DNA of 25,976 nucleotides. Source: an uncultured virus (IMG/VR IMGVR_UViG_3300042560_002875) (lineage: Duplodnaviria; Heunggongvirae; Uroviricota; Caudoviricetes). The notes under the pieces are model-generated. The model worked only from the letters and a program-made list of their open reading frames with translations, made no database searches and was not told the DNA's origin. Where the stretch lies: the IMG/VR virus record IMGVR_UViG_3300042560_002875, one strand, 5' to 3'. The translations under genes and the position numbers were made by a program. Of this stretch, positions 17,711-25,976 are shown piece by piece; position 1 is the stretch's first letter; each line of letters opens with the position of its first letter.

Positions 17711-18508
17711 GTGGACCAATCCGACTCAGTCCTCCTTGCTAATCGCACCTATGGTGGCAGTGACAGCACACGGCCGGACTTCAATCGCCAGGCCTACGTC
17801 AAGTACAACTCTGTCCACGACTCTAGGGACCTAGGTCCAATCTCGAATGCCAAGCTCGACTTTCGCGGTGTCGTCGGAGCGAAAAGCGGGACGCAGACCC
17901 TGTTCTTTTCCTTTGATATAGAGGCCCCCTCTCGAATTGGCCTCAGGCGTATCCGAATCAACAAATACACCGATCAATACGTCATGGTCAGCCTGCGTAA
18001 CAACGCTGGGCCTATTGCCCTTGGCGATGACGGCTTTGCAGGCTCCGAGCTCTATCCGGTGGAAGTCCTCAAGTCTCCCTATTCGGTTGACCTTGGCTAT
18101 GTCAACGCCGGTTACTGGCAGAGGGGCTACGCCACCTATGACTATGCATTGCGCGACGGCGGCTCCGCAGTTGTCCTAGCCAGCGAGGCAGAGGCTGACG
18201 AACCGTTCACATCAAACTACGGGATCCTCTTGCCACCTGGAAAGTATTGGTTCCTTGTCTCGAGCAGCCAGTGGACAGAACTTCCTTACAGGGTTCAACT
18301 TGCAGTGATACCCCTGTCCGAGTCGGAGGCTGTCCTGGAGATGGAGTCTCAGATCCTGGCCCGGGCAGCCCTATCTGCGGGTTCCGCGGATATCGAGATG
18401 AGCACTGAACTCACGGCACGCGCAGTTCAAACCCTGGAACCCAGCATCTTGATAGAGGGGGAAACAACGATCACCGCATCACCAACAATTCTTTCCCCTT
18501 ATGGCTAG
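17711..18508 (+). CDS. Hypothetical, probable tail-associated structural protein (265 aa)
   Basis: Tightly linked to the fibre operon; beta-rich pattern with LPPGKYWFLVSS. Confidence 0.55.
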   Translation: MDQSDSVLLANRTYGGSDSTRPDFNRQAYVKYNSVHDSRDLGPISNAKLDFRGVVGAKSGTQTLFFSFDIEAPSRIGLRRIRINKYTDQYVMVSLRNNAGPIALGDDGFAGSELYPVEVLKSPYSVDLGYVNAGYWQRGYATYDYALRDGGSAVVLASEAEADEPFTSNYGILLPPGKYWFLVSSSQWTELPYRVQLAVIPLSESEAVLEMESQILARAALSAGSADIEMSTELTARAVQTLEPSILIEGETTITASPTILSPYG

Positions 18509-18546
18509 TCTCAACCTGTCAGAATAGGTTGACTGCCAGGCCATTC

Positions 18547-18957
18547 ATGCCATCCTCTCAATACCACGCCACCAATAAGCTCAACTGGCTCCGGGGAACT
18601 ACGTTTCCAGCGGCACTGAGCAATGTGTACCTCAGCCATCACACCGCGGATCCCGGCTCCTCCGGGGTCAATAGTGATGTCAGTACGGCTCTGGCTGGGG
18701 GGCGGACAACTTTGGCTACTTCGAGCTTGAGTGTGCCAGCAGCTAGCGCGGGAGGGGGTTTCCAGGTCAGCAATACGGCCACGGTTACGGCTTCCAGTTC
18801 AGCCGCTTCGGCTCAGACCATCACGCATCTTGGTATTTGGGATGCGCCTACTGGGGGTAATTTCATTACCTACGGCCTGCTCTCGCCCGCAGCTGTTATC
18901 GCCACGGGTGACGTGTATCGCTTTGCCACTGGGCAGATTGTTATCCGCGAGTTGTGA
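18547..18957 (+). CDS. Small tail-associated structural protein
   Basis: VYLSHHTADPG...ITHLGIWDAPTGGNF matches a common phage tail protein pattern (Y.ALHTADP...THxGIWDA.TGGN). Probable start ATG 18547. Confidence 0.7.
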   Translation: MPSSQYHATNKLNWLRGTTFPAALSNVYLSHHTADPGSSGVNSDVSTALAGGRTTLATSSLSVPAASAGGGFQVSNTATVTASSSAASAQTITHLGIWDAPTGGNFITYGLLSPAAVIATGDVYRFATGQIVIREL

Positions 18958-19690
18958 TGCGATGGACCCACATCCCCTTGCGGGATCGGTCCACCTTGCC
19001 TGAACGGTAAACATTGCGGGCGTCACTCACGCTCGCACCGGCAACACAGGCTGCGTAAATGCAAGGCTCCGTATAGAAGCCGTCGTAGAATTTCACGCCA
19101 GACGCGGGATACTTCCAGGCCGGTGCAGAGAACTCCGACCATGGATCCGCCACGTTGATGAGGCATCGATCGCTCTTGTGGTCCCGCATCAGGCCATCAA
19201 GCACAATTACATGCCCAGAGCCTGTGAACCAGCCATGCGTGATCAGCAGCTCTCCTGCTTTCAGCCACTGGTAAACCTCGTCCAAAGAGGCGTTGCTTGT
19301 GTAGGTATGGGCGACATGGTCGTATCCCTTGATAACCCGGGCCATGACTGCCGGATCACCAGCTGTGCCGATACTGGTCAGCCGGCGGCGAATGTCCCTG
19401 ATATCAGGATCCCGCACTGCCATGGCGATACAGGCCGCCTGACAGGTGAAAGCATCGGGCTGGCTGAGTTTGAGGGCTTTGACCTTGGTCTTCCACTCGT
19501 TGACCTCGGCCCTGACCTCATCGGCGGGGCGCTCCTGTGGTGGTTTTTTCCAGACACCTTCTCGGAGTTCGCCGCCATCGGCATAGAGAGCTCGCTGCTC
19601 TGGGGTTAGGCGAGCTTCCAGGGCATCCCAGAAGGCCAACTGATGAGGCTCTTCTGATGTGTGGATGGCGTATTGGCGCAGGGAAATCAT
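18941..19690 (-). CDS. Papain-like C39-type peptidase, possible endolysin/cell-wall hydrolase
   Basis: SQPDAFTCQAACIAM (Gln and Cys), GHVIVLDG (His), VADPW (Asp). N-terminal PHQLAFWDALE segment recalls cyanophage lysin N-termini. Confidence 0.75.
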   Translation of the reverse strand: MISLRQYAIHTSEEPHQLAFWDALEARLTPEQRALYADGGELREGVWKKPPQERPADEVRAEVNEWKTKVKALKLSQPDAFTCQAACIAMAVRDPDIRDIRRRLTSIGTAGDPAVMARVIKGYDHVAHTYTSNASLDEVYQWLKAGELLITHGWFTGSGHVIVLDGLMRDHKSDRCLINVADPWSEFSAPAWKYPASGVKFYDGFYTEPCIYAACVAGASVSDARNVYRSGKVDRSRKGMWVHRITTRG

Positions 19691-19691
19691 G

Positions 19692-19970
19692 TCAGTCCTC
19701 GTAGGTGCCAGCGAATCGCCGCGTCATGGCCGGAGGGTCGCTCTCTCCCTCTAGTGCCTCGACTGCAAGGTGCTGAGCGGCTTGATCGGAGAAGCCCTTG
19801 TCCTTGTACATTCCGTAGTACCGCATGAATTCATCAATGCGGATGTCAGCGTCATCCCCATGCACCATGACCTCTGCGGCCATGTGTTCTGCGGCTGGAC
19901 GAGGCACATCGTCGCTGACGAAGTGCTTGGCTAGCGCCTCGTAAATTTCCGGGCTGCCAGCAAGGCGCAT
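19692..19970 (-). CDS. Hypothetical protein (92 aa) with internal duplication
   Basis: AAEHMAAEVM / AAQHLAVEAL repeat; abuts the peptidase gene. Confidence 0.65.
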   Translation of the reverse strand: MRLAGSPEIYEALAKHFVSDDVPRPAAEHMAAEVMVHGDDADIRIDEFMRYYGMYKDKGFSDQAAQHLAVEALEGESDPPAMTRRFAGTYED

Positions 19971-20019
19971 GGTCTACCGCGAGAGTAGTCCCATGCTAGC
20001 CACAGCTGGCATGCATTCC

Positions 20020-20076
20020 GATTGCCTTGTATTACCCCTGGGCCGAATGATTGCCTTGTATTACCCTTAGGCCGAA
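20020..20076. repeat. 28-bp direct repeat x2
   Basis: GATTGCCTTGTATTACCCCTGGGCCGAA (20020-20047) and GATTGCCTTGTATTACCCTTAGGCCGAA (20049-20076), 26/28 identical. Confidence 0.9.
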
Positions 20077-20423
20077 GAGAGAAGATTTGCCAGCTTGTAC
20101 ATCGCAGGCACGTATTCCTCTTGGCGGTATTTCAACGCTGCGTTCAGCCGCCCATCCAGGCAGCATTTCTGCGCCGCCTGGGTGTTCAGTGTTGCATTGG
20201 CAGCAGTTCGGAGTTGGTGCTCCTGGGTGTTGCTGGCAACCTGCAAGGCGCGGGCACCATCGGTGACAGCGTTGATGCCTGCAGTCTCGGCCGTGGGGAT
20301 AAGCATAAGCGCCGCATTGATGTGCTGCTGACCCAGCCGCGGGCCTTGGTCAAAAGCACCAATAGCTTGGCCCTGTGGTCCAGTATTGGGAGGGCGCATG
20401 GCTCCAGCGGGGAAGTTGGCCAT
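20067..20423 (-). CDS. Hypothetical protein (118 aa)
   Basis: Starts 1 nt after the scaffold stop; Ala/Gln-rich. Confidence 0.65.
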   Translation of the reverse strand: MANFPAGAMRPPNTGPQGQAIGAFDQGPRLGQQHINAALMLIPTAETAGINAVTDGARALQVASNTQEHQLRTAANATLNTQAAQKCCLDGRLNAALKYRQEEYVPAMYKLANLLSSA

Positions 20424-20424
20424 C

Positions 20425-21399
20425 TCAGCCCTCGCTCACGAGCCACTTAGAGGTCAGCAGTTCAGGAGCCTGGCTCTGGACTTGGTCCAGCAGCATCCAG
20501 AGCTGGTCGGGCCTGGTGGTGGCTACCTGGTTGAACTGAGCCCAGAAGTCCTCTGGATTGACACCACCGCCACGGCCAGATGGCGCGGGCATGGGCATCT
20601 CGGGCCTCTGATAGGGGCGCTGGTTGGCCTCTACCTCAGCACGCAGGCGGTCCTGAGGGAGCTCCACGGGAGCAGGGCCCTCGGGTCCGAAGAAGTCGTT
20701 GACGTAATCAGCCAGCAGGTCGGGATCAGTGGTCAGATAGTTGTAGGCGTTGTTGTCTTCAATGGCCGCATTAAGGATCACCTCCATTTGGCTCATGTTC
20801 TGCGCCAGTTGCTGCAATTGCTGCATCGTGGTGCCGGTTTGCTCAGCCTGGGCCAGCAGGGCATCCTCTACGGTGCAGGCGTAACGATTGAGAAGGGCCG
20901 GGGCCTCAGCGCCGAAGTGCTGAAGAACCTCAAGACTTTCGTTGCTTACGCCGCTTAGGTACCCGTCCTCGACCTCTTGCGGGGCCTGGGTCGGGGCGTA
21001 CTGCGCTGGCACGTTCTGCAGCGCGCTCGGATAGCTCGGCGAATAGACCGGCGTTGCTTGGGGCAGCGAAATCGGGATCCCCGTACTGAACGCCGCTGGG
21101 TAGCTGGTTGTAGGCGAAGGGTAGTAAGCCGGGGAGGGAGCCGCCTGTGGCGCTTGTTGCCAATACGGTGCCTGGGGCTGGGATTGGGGCATCCCGTTCA
21201 GCCCGCCGCTCAGGCGCTGATAGGCCGCCTGCCACGGATCCACCATTTGCGGTGCTGGACCGGGTGCTGTCTGGTAGGAAGAAGGGGCCGCTGCTGCCTG
21301 GTAGCTCTGCGGGGAGACCGGCGCCTGCGCGTGCTCTACCGATGGCATCGAGTTCGCTGGGGCCTGAGGCACCTGCGGCATCGTTGAATTGTCCTGCAT
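20425..21399 (-). CDS. Putative capsid scaffold/assembly protein
   Basis: P/Q/A/Y-rich N-terminal half, then an acidic coiled-coil-like segment (LLAQAEQTGTTMQQLQQLAQNMSQMEVIL); follows the portal. Alternative start ATG 21381 with AGGA upstream. Confidence 0.55.
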   Translation of the reverse strand: MQDNSTMPQVPQAPANSMPSVEHAQAPVSPQSYQAAAAPSSYQTAPGPAPQMVDPWQAAYQRLSGGLNGMPQSQPQAPYWQQAPQAAPSPAYYPSPTTSYPAAFSTGIPISLPQATPVYSPSYPSALQNVPAQYAPTQAPQEVEDGYLSGVSNESLEVLQHFGAEAPALLNRYACTVEDALLAQAEQTGTTMQQLQQLAQNMSQMEVILNAAIEDNNAYNYLTTDPDLLADYVNDFFGPEGPAPVELPQDRLRAEVEANQRPYQRPEMPMPAPSGRGGGVNPEDFWAQFNQVATTRPDQLWMLLDQVQSQAPELLTSKWLVSEG

Positions 21400-23206
21400 A
21401 GGTCAGTTCTCGCTTGAGGAAATCGAAAGCCCGATAAACGAATGGAACCAGGTCGAGCCTGGGGTCTGCCAGGAGTGGAAGATCGGGCTGCTGCGGATGA
21501 GGGATCTGCTGCATGTCCCCGATGAGCGAGAGGAATGTTCCAATGCTCTGTTGCGTGGCCTGGGCCATCCTGAATGGATACCCTGACAGCATAGCGCTGC
21601 GTTCCTCATCTGTTTTTGAGGGGAATAAATGCTTCAGTGCTTCCACCGAGTCCACCCCAAGTTCTTGAAGGTTCCGCACCACGATCGATGCGTTGAGAAC
21701 GTCTTCAGGGCTCTCCTCAAAGACCGGCCCCCTCCAGCGCCACTCCACTCGCCGATCCCCGTCAGGAATCAGCCCGACAACTCCAACTGGGAGATCCTGG
21801 TTCTCCAGTGCCTCCGAGAGGTTGGCCTCTATCTCCTGCTCCCAGGCGGCGTATTCCTCTCTGTAGATACGCTCCGCCTCCTCATACTCCGCAGTAGCGC
21901 CATCGGCTTCAAACTGCTCAAAGATTGGCGCACTTGGCGGCGCAATCCCTAATGCAGCAGAGAAGGAGTCGCGGAAGATTTTCTCCTCGTGATGGATCAT
22001 CAGGCCTAGCAGTTTGCACAATCCGTAGGTCAGCAACCCGCGACACTTCCTGAGGGCCGTTGTTGCCGCACGGCCGAAGAGGCTCTTGATCTCGTAGGCG
22101 GTCGCGCCGGAGGAGATGCCGAGTTCATCAACGCCGCCTAGGGCTGTTCGGATCTCCTCCCGATACTGCCTGGCATACATGTTCTGATCGCCGCTGACCG
22201 CATTGGGCGTGATGTATTGCACCCGGTCGGTGGCCTCGAGATTGGCGATCAGGCGAGGCACTCTCATGTTGGATCCCAGGGATGGGGCTCCTGTTAAATC
22301 AAAGCGGCCTCCGCCTGAATTAGACCAGTTAGAGCGAGGAGCGGTCGACTCGAAACCGGCTCTACTAGCAATAGTGGGCCGGCGAGACTGCTCATCCCCG
22401 GACTCCATCATCTCGTGCTTAGCCCGACTGGAAACAAGTGTGGGGTTGCCGTAGAAACGAATGTTTTCGCGGATATTACGAACCAGGGAGTCATGCACCA
22501 TGATGTGTCCCTCCAGGCCATCAAAGTCCCCGGTGGCATCCATACCGGAAGAGCGCATGTTGTTAAACGCCTCGACCGCAGGGATAAAGCCCAGGGAGTT
22601 CCGTGTCGTCCGAGTCGACTTCCCAATGACCGACGAAGAGGCAGCAGCGGAGCCGAGGGAGGGGGAGAAGCGGCTTCCGATGGGGTCCTCAAAGGACGGC
22701 CTCTCGTTACTGATTTCCTCAATGATCTCGTCTTTTCGAACGACCAGCCGGACCCATTTCGTCGTGAAACCGCCAGTGGTTGAAACATTGAGCTTGTTTG
22801 CCTGGCTGCGCTCTTTGTAGGAGTAGATCAGGTCGATCTCATCGATCTGCTCATCCGCGTCGTAGTAGGACCTGTAGTTGTCACGGGTGAACCACATGAT
22901 GCGGTAGGTGTCCTTGACCGGGCGAAAGAACCAAAGCCCTAGCCCGTCAAGCACGAAGTCATCTCCAATCCCCTCGAGCCTGGCGTCGATCTCGTTTTCT
23001 TCGATGATCCTCTCCAGGAATGACTTCCGGAATCCGTAGGAATCCTGCCGAGGGTAGAACTCAACCCCCTGGCGCATCATGAAAAGCCGCATCTGAGCAA
23101 GATGCCCAGTGATGACGGTGGTGTCACCGCTTCCGCCCTTGCGACTGCGCGCAGCTTCCAGGAGTTGCTGGAATGGGGAGGACCGGGAATCGTTGTATTC
23201 GCTCAT
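20930..23206 (-). CDS. Putative portal protein (758 aa)
   Basis: Directly after terminase; portal-like elements (DFVLDGLGLWFFRP, LGFIPAVEAFN, FYGNPTLV, SGATAYEIK, VEWRW). The last 156 or so codons overlap the scaffold gene. Confidence 0.72.
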   Translation of the reverse strand: MSEYNDSRSSPFQQLLEAARSRKGGSGDTTVITGHLAQMRLFMMRQGVEFYPRQDSYGFRKSFLERIIEENEIDARLEGIGDDFVLDGLGLWFFRPVKDTYRIMWFTRDNYRSYYDADEQIDEIDLIYSYKERSQANKLNVSTTGGFTTKWVRLVVRKDEIIEEISNERPSFEDPIGSRFSPSLGSAAASSSVIGKSTRTTRNSLGFIPAVEAFNNMRSSGMDATGDFDGLEGHIMVHDSLVRNIRENIRFYGNPTLVSSRAKHEMMESGDEQSRRPTIASRAGFESTAPRSNWSNSGGGRFDLTGAPSLGSNMRVPRLIANLEATDRVQYITPNAVSGDQNMYARQYREEIRTALGGVDELGISSGATAYEIKSLFGRAATTALRKCRGLLTYGLCKLLGLMIHHEEKIFRDSFSAALGIAPPSAPIFEQFEADGATAEYEEAERIYREEYAAWEQEIEANLSEALENQDLPVGVVGLIPDGDRRVEWRWRGPVFEESPEDVLNASIVVRNLQELGVDSVEALKHLFPSKTDEERSAMLSGYPFRMAQATQQSIGTFLSLIGDMQQIPHPQQPDLPLLADPRLDLVPFVYRAFDFLKRELTYAGQFNDAAGASGPSELDAIGRARAGAGLPAELPGSSGPFFLPDSTRSSTANGGSVAGGLSAPERRAERDAPIPAPGTVLATSATGGSLPGLLPFAYNQLPSGVQYGDPDFAAPSNAGLFAELSERAAERASAVRPDPGPARGRGRVPKRRKQRKS

Positions 23207-23236
23207 TGGTCTATCCTAAGTTCGCCAGAGAAGGGG

Positions 23237-24766
23237 CTAATACTCGAGCTCTGCCGGACCGCGCCTGAACAACTGGTCCAGCAGGATCTGAACTCCGTCG
23301 GCACAGTCGTCATGGGCTGTGTGCCCAAGGTTCAGCACCTCTTCCAGCACGACAGACCAGTCCCTGTACTTGTTGAATATCACGCGGTGGGTTTGGAATA
23401 GGCCCATGATCCCGCGGAACCGGGACAGCTTGTCACCGCGAATCCCGGTGACTGGAGACACCCTCAGATTAGTGAGGCCCCAGTCTTGGTGGGCAATCCT
23501 CTGGAAATCACCCTGGAACGATTTTTGATAGGCCACCGATTCAGGCCAGATCATCACATCAGAGCGAGTGGGCCGGTACTTGCTGCCATCGCGGATCAGC
23601 AAATTCCAGTCAGACAAGAGTTCGCACAGGGCCTCTACCTTCTCAATGTTCCCCATGGAGCGCACTCGCCTGTAATCAATCAAATAGCCCTTCTCCCCAT
23701 CCCTGCCGCCGAGCATGAACACGGTCCAGTCATTGCGCTCTTTCAGGCCAGAGGAGAGGTCCATCCCGACGCCGATCATGTCGAACGTGTCGGGAATGGA
23801 TCCCTTGATAAACAACTCAGGGGAAATCCCCAGCTCCGCGGATCGCACCGCCTGGTTCATGTACTGATACGCAAAGGAGACTCCGTCCTTGCGCTGCAGC
23901 CCTAACAGATATTCGAGCCCCCACATTTGCGGCCAGTAGGAGCGCACATCCCCGTCGTTGTTGTATTCAAGGGCGGCCTGAATCGTGACAGCCCACCCAT
24001 TGCGTTCAATGAACGTGGTGGCGAACATGTCGTCAAAATGGAACCGGGTGCCCAGGGCGATGGCACGGGCGCCCTCGAACATGGTTGGAACAATGACGCT
24101 GTTCCAGTTCGCTTCCATTTCCCTGCGGATTTCTGGATTCGCAATGGACTGCTTGGATTTGATCAGGTCATCCAAAATCACAAGACTGCTTCTCTTGGAA
24201 GCAATGGTTCCACGCAGGCCCGCGCAGGCGACAGTAAAGGCGTCTTCTCCTCTGACATCAATTCCTGCAAAATCAAAATCAATCGACCACAACTCGTCTG
24301 CTGTTCTCGCCTTGGAGAGGCGAACCATCGGAAAAACTTCCTGATAGTCCGATGACTGAATCAAAGTCTTAATGGCCAGGCTCTTCCCCCTGGCTACGTC
24401 GATGTTGTAGGACACGTAAAGAATCCGCAACAGCTTCCTTTGCAGGGCATGCCGCCCGATCAGCCAGGCGCATAGCAATCCCACGAAGGTGCTCTTTGCG
24501 GATCCCCTGGGACTCAGTAGGCATTCGTTGGGCCCAGCAACATCAAGGAGGTGGTCGCTGCTTTTGCCGGTGATGAACTTCTCGTGCCACAGCATCATGT
24601 GCGGCGCTGGCGGCTTCCCCATCCGGGTGCAAAAGGCCGCGAAATTGTCACGGGCCAGTTGAATGTCTTCTGGAACCGCCGCATCTGCGGATGTTCTCTT
24701 TGGGAGCCTTTTAGCAGCAGCAAGCGTGGAGCGCCTGCGCGCCTGGGCTATCGAAGTGCCAGCCAT
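23237..24766 (-). CDS. terL: Terminase large subunit
   Basis: Walker A PRGSAKST, Walker B LVILDD, coupling GTRFHFDD, nuclease GMDLS and HDDCAD. Likely start ATG 24766. No intein evident. Confidence 0.93.
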   Translation of the reverse strand: MAGTSIAQARRRSTLAAAKRLPKRTSADAAVPEDIQLARDNFAAFCTRMGKPPAPHMMLWHEKFITGKSSDHLLDVAGPNECLLSPRGSAKSTFVGLLCAWLIGRHALQRKLLRILYVSYNIDVARGKSLAIKTLIQSSDYQEVFPMVRLSKARTADELWSIDFDFAGIDVRGEDAFTVACAGLRGTIASKRSSLVILDDLIKSKQSIANPEIRREMEANWNSVIVPTMFEGARAIALGTRFHFDDMFATTFIERNGWAVTIQAALEYNNDGDVRSYWPQMWGLEYLLGLQRKDGVSFAYQYMNQAVRSAELGISPELFIKGSIPDTFDMIGVGMDLSSGLKERNDWTVFMLGGRDGEKGYLIDYRRVRSMGNIEKVEALCELLSDWNLLIRDGSKYRPTRSDVMIWPESVAYQKSFQGDFQRIAHQDWGLTNLRVSPVTGIRGDKLSRFRGIMGLFQTHRVIFNKYRDWSVVLEEVLNLGHTAHDDCADGVQILLDQLFRRGPAELEY

Positions 24767-24784
24767 AACTGGCAATGTAACAAC

Positions 24785-25324
24785 TCAGCGCTCCTCTCTC
24801 AGCTGGGCGAGGAAGGTCTCGAATGATTCCTCTAAAACGCTCTGCATTTCGGGGTCGTCAGGAAAGGAATCCTGCACGGTCTTCAGGAGTCGATCAGCTC
24901 CAGCCAGCAGGAGCCCCCGTCGATCTTGGCCGCGCTCCATCCGCTCGATCTCCACCAGGTGCCCTCGCAACTCCTTTGTCAGAGCAGCGATGAGCCTCGG
25001 GTCCGGATTTTCGCAAGCTCGAAGCGCTGCAATATCCTGCTGGAGCCGCACGGCCTCTGCGGTGAGCGCCAGTTTTCGATTCAGCCTGGGATAGCGTTCT
25101 TTCTGCCAAGACTCCAGCTCGAGAAAGCACGATTCATATCCCATGGCACTGGCATACATCCAGAGCTGGTACACGGAATCGCGATTGTCGGCCTCTGTTA
25201 GGAATCTTTCCCGTTGCTCGTTATTTAGCGAGGAGAGAAAAGCCGATACCCCAGGATGGGAATCAGCCAAAGTATCTGGCGGCGGCCTTGCCGCGGGAGA
25301 ACGGAGAGTAACGGCTAATGGCAC
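24785..25324 (-). CDS. Putative terminase small subunit
   Basis: Helical, charged protein of 160-180 aa immediately upstream of terL. A TTG at 25270 overlapping the upstream stop is an alternative start. The call is positional. Confidence 0.45.
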   Translation of the reverse strand: MPLAVTLRSPAARPPPDTLADSHPGVSAFLSSLNNEQRERFLTEADNRDSVYQLWMYASAMGYESCFLELESWQKERYPRLNRKLALTAEAVRLQQDIAALRACENPDPRLIAALTKELRGHLVEIERMERGQDRRGLLLAGADRLLKTVQDSFPDDPEMQSVLEESFETFLAQLREER

Positions 25325-25976
25325 CCCTCGCGTCGGCCCTTAGGCGCAGGGCCTCGTCGGTTCCTTGAGTGAGGGTCTTGCGCTCTTGCTCTCCAGCCAT
25401 GCCGATTCGGCGCTCCTCGCTGGTGTTGCGGTCGCGGCCTATGCGCTCTTGAGAATCGGCGCTGTACCGGCCAAGGCGCTCCCGGCTGTCATCGCTGTAC
25501 TTAGCAAGGCGCTCCTGAGAGTCGGACGTGTAACGTGTCCGCTCGGATTCCTGCTCTTGCCCAAAGCGGGATGCCCGCTCCTGGCTGTCGGAGGAATACC
25601 GGGTTCCCTCGAGGGCCCGATCAGCCCCATACATCTGGCCGCGGACCTGGGTCTGGGTGCCTTTGAGGGCTTGATCGGCACCATACTTGCTAGTCCTCTC
25701 TTGAGAATCAGCTGTATAGCGAGTCCGCTCAGATTCTTGTTGTTGACCAAAACGAGAGGATCGCTCCTGGCTATCAGAGGAATACCGGGTTCCCTCGAGG
25801 GCCCGATCAGCCCCATACATCTGGCCGCGAACCTGGGTCTGGGTGCCTTTGAGGGCTTGATCGGCACCATACTTGCTAGTCCTCTCTTGAGAATCAGCTG
25901 TATAGCGAGTCCGCTCAGATTCTTGTTGTTGACCAAAACGAGAGGATCGCTCCTGGCTATCAGAGGAATACCGGGT
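25263..25976 (-). CDS. Partial 11-residue-repeat protein (start outside the window)
   Basis: The frame is open from 25976 to the stop at 25263 (238 codons). Units RYSSDSQERSS, RFGQQQESERT, RYTADSQERTS, KYGADQALKGT, MYGADRALEGT; 186-nt DNA duplication (25621 vs 25807). Confidence 0.85.
   Translation of the reverse strand, partial: TRYSSDSQERSSRFGQQQESERTRYTADSQERTSKYGADQALKGTQTQVRGQMYGADRALEGTRYSSDSQERSSRFGQQQESERTRYTADSQERTSKYGADQALKGTQTQVRGQMYGADRALEGTRYSSDSQERASRFGQEQESERTRYTSDSQERLAKYSDDSRERLGRYSADSQERIGRDRNTSEERRIGMAGEQERKTLTQGTDEALRLRADARGAISRYSPFSRGKAAARYFG

Noticed and set aside
18511..18532. Hairpin TCAACCT/AGGTTGA as a terminator
   Set aside because: The stem is real but has no U tract and sits just before the next start; function cannot be assigned.
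20020..20076. Mini-CRISPR array or NtcA box
   Set aside because: The repeats are separated by 1 nt so there is no spacer, and the GTA-TAC spacing does not fit GTA-N8-TAC.
25439..25936. 165-aa alternate-frame ORF in the repeat gene
   Set aside because: It is a by-product of the 186-nt duplication; the other frame carries the coherent 11-residue periodicity.

Overview
This window is the head/tail module of a large, GC-rich tailed phage. It is probably temperate and probably infects a cyanobacterium (inferred from protein style, not proven). On the minus strand, right to left: a partial 11-residue-repeat protein, putative terminase small subunit, terminase large subunit, putative portal overlapping a putative scaffold by about 470 nt, two small ORFs and a C39-like peptidase. 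A roughly 10 kb plus-strand block then intervenes. It carries two tandem degenerate LAGLIDADG-like genes, a highly structured intergenic RNA candidate, a 2364-aa repeat-rich tail fibre, its probable chaperone and two further tail-type genes. The minus strand resumes with the major capsid gene, which is split by a 1014-nt group I intron (7416-8429) encoding a LAGLIDADG endonuclease. It is followed by putative virion genes, an HhH protein and a SWIM-finger protein. At the left edge is a tyrosine-integrase-like ORF absent from the ORF track, next to an attP-like repeat array and an NrdR-type zinc-ribbon gene. The best novelty candidates are the LAGLIDADG pair with its downstream structured RNA beside the intron-split capsid gene, and the intron endonuclease that appears to be expressed from a promoter inside the ribozyme. 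All calls are by manual motif reading; no database searches were run.
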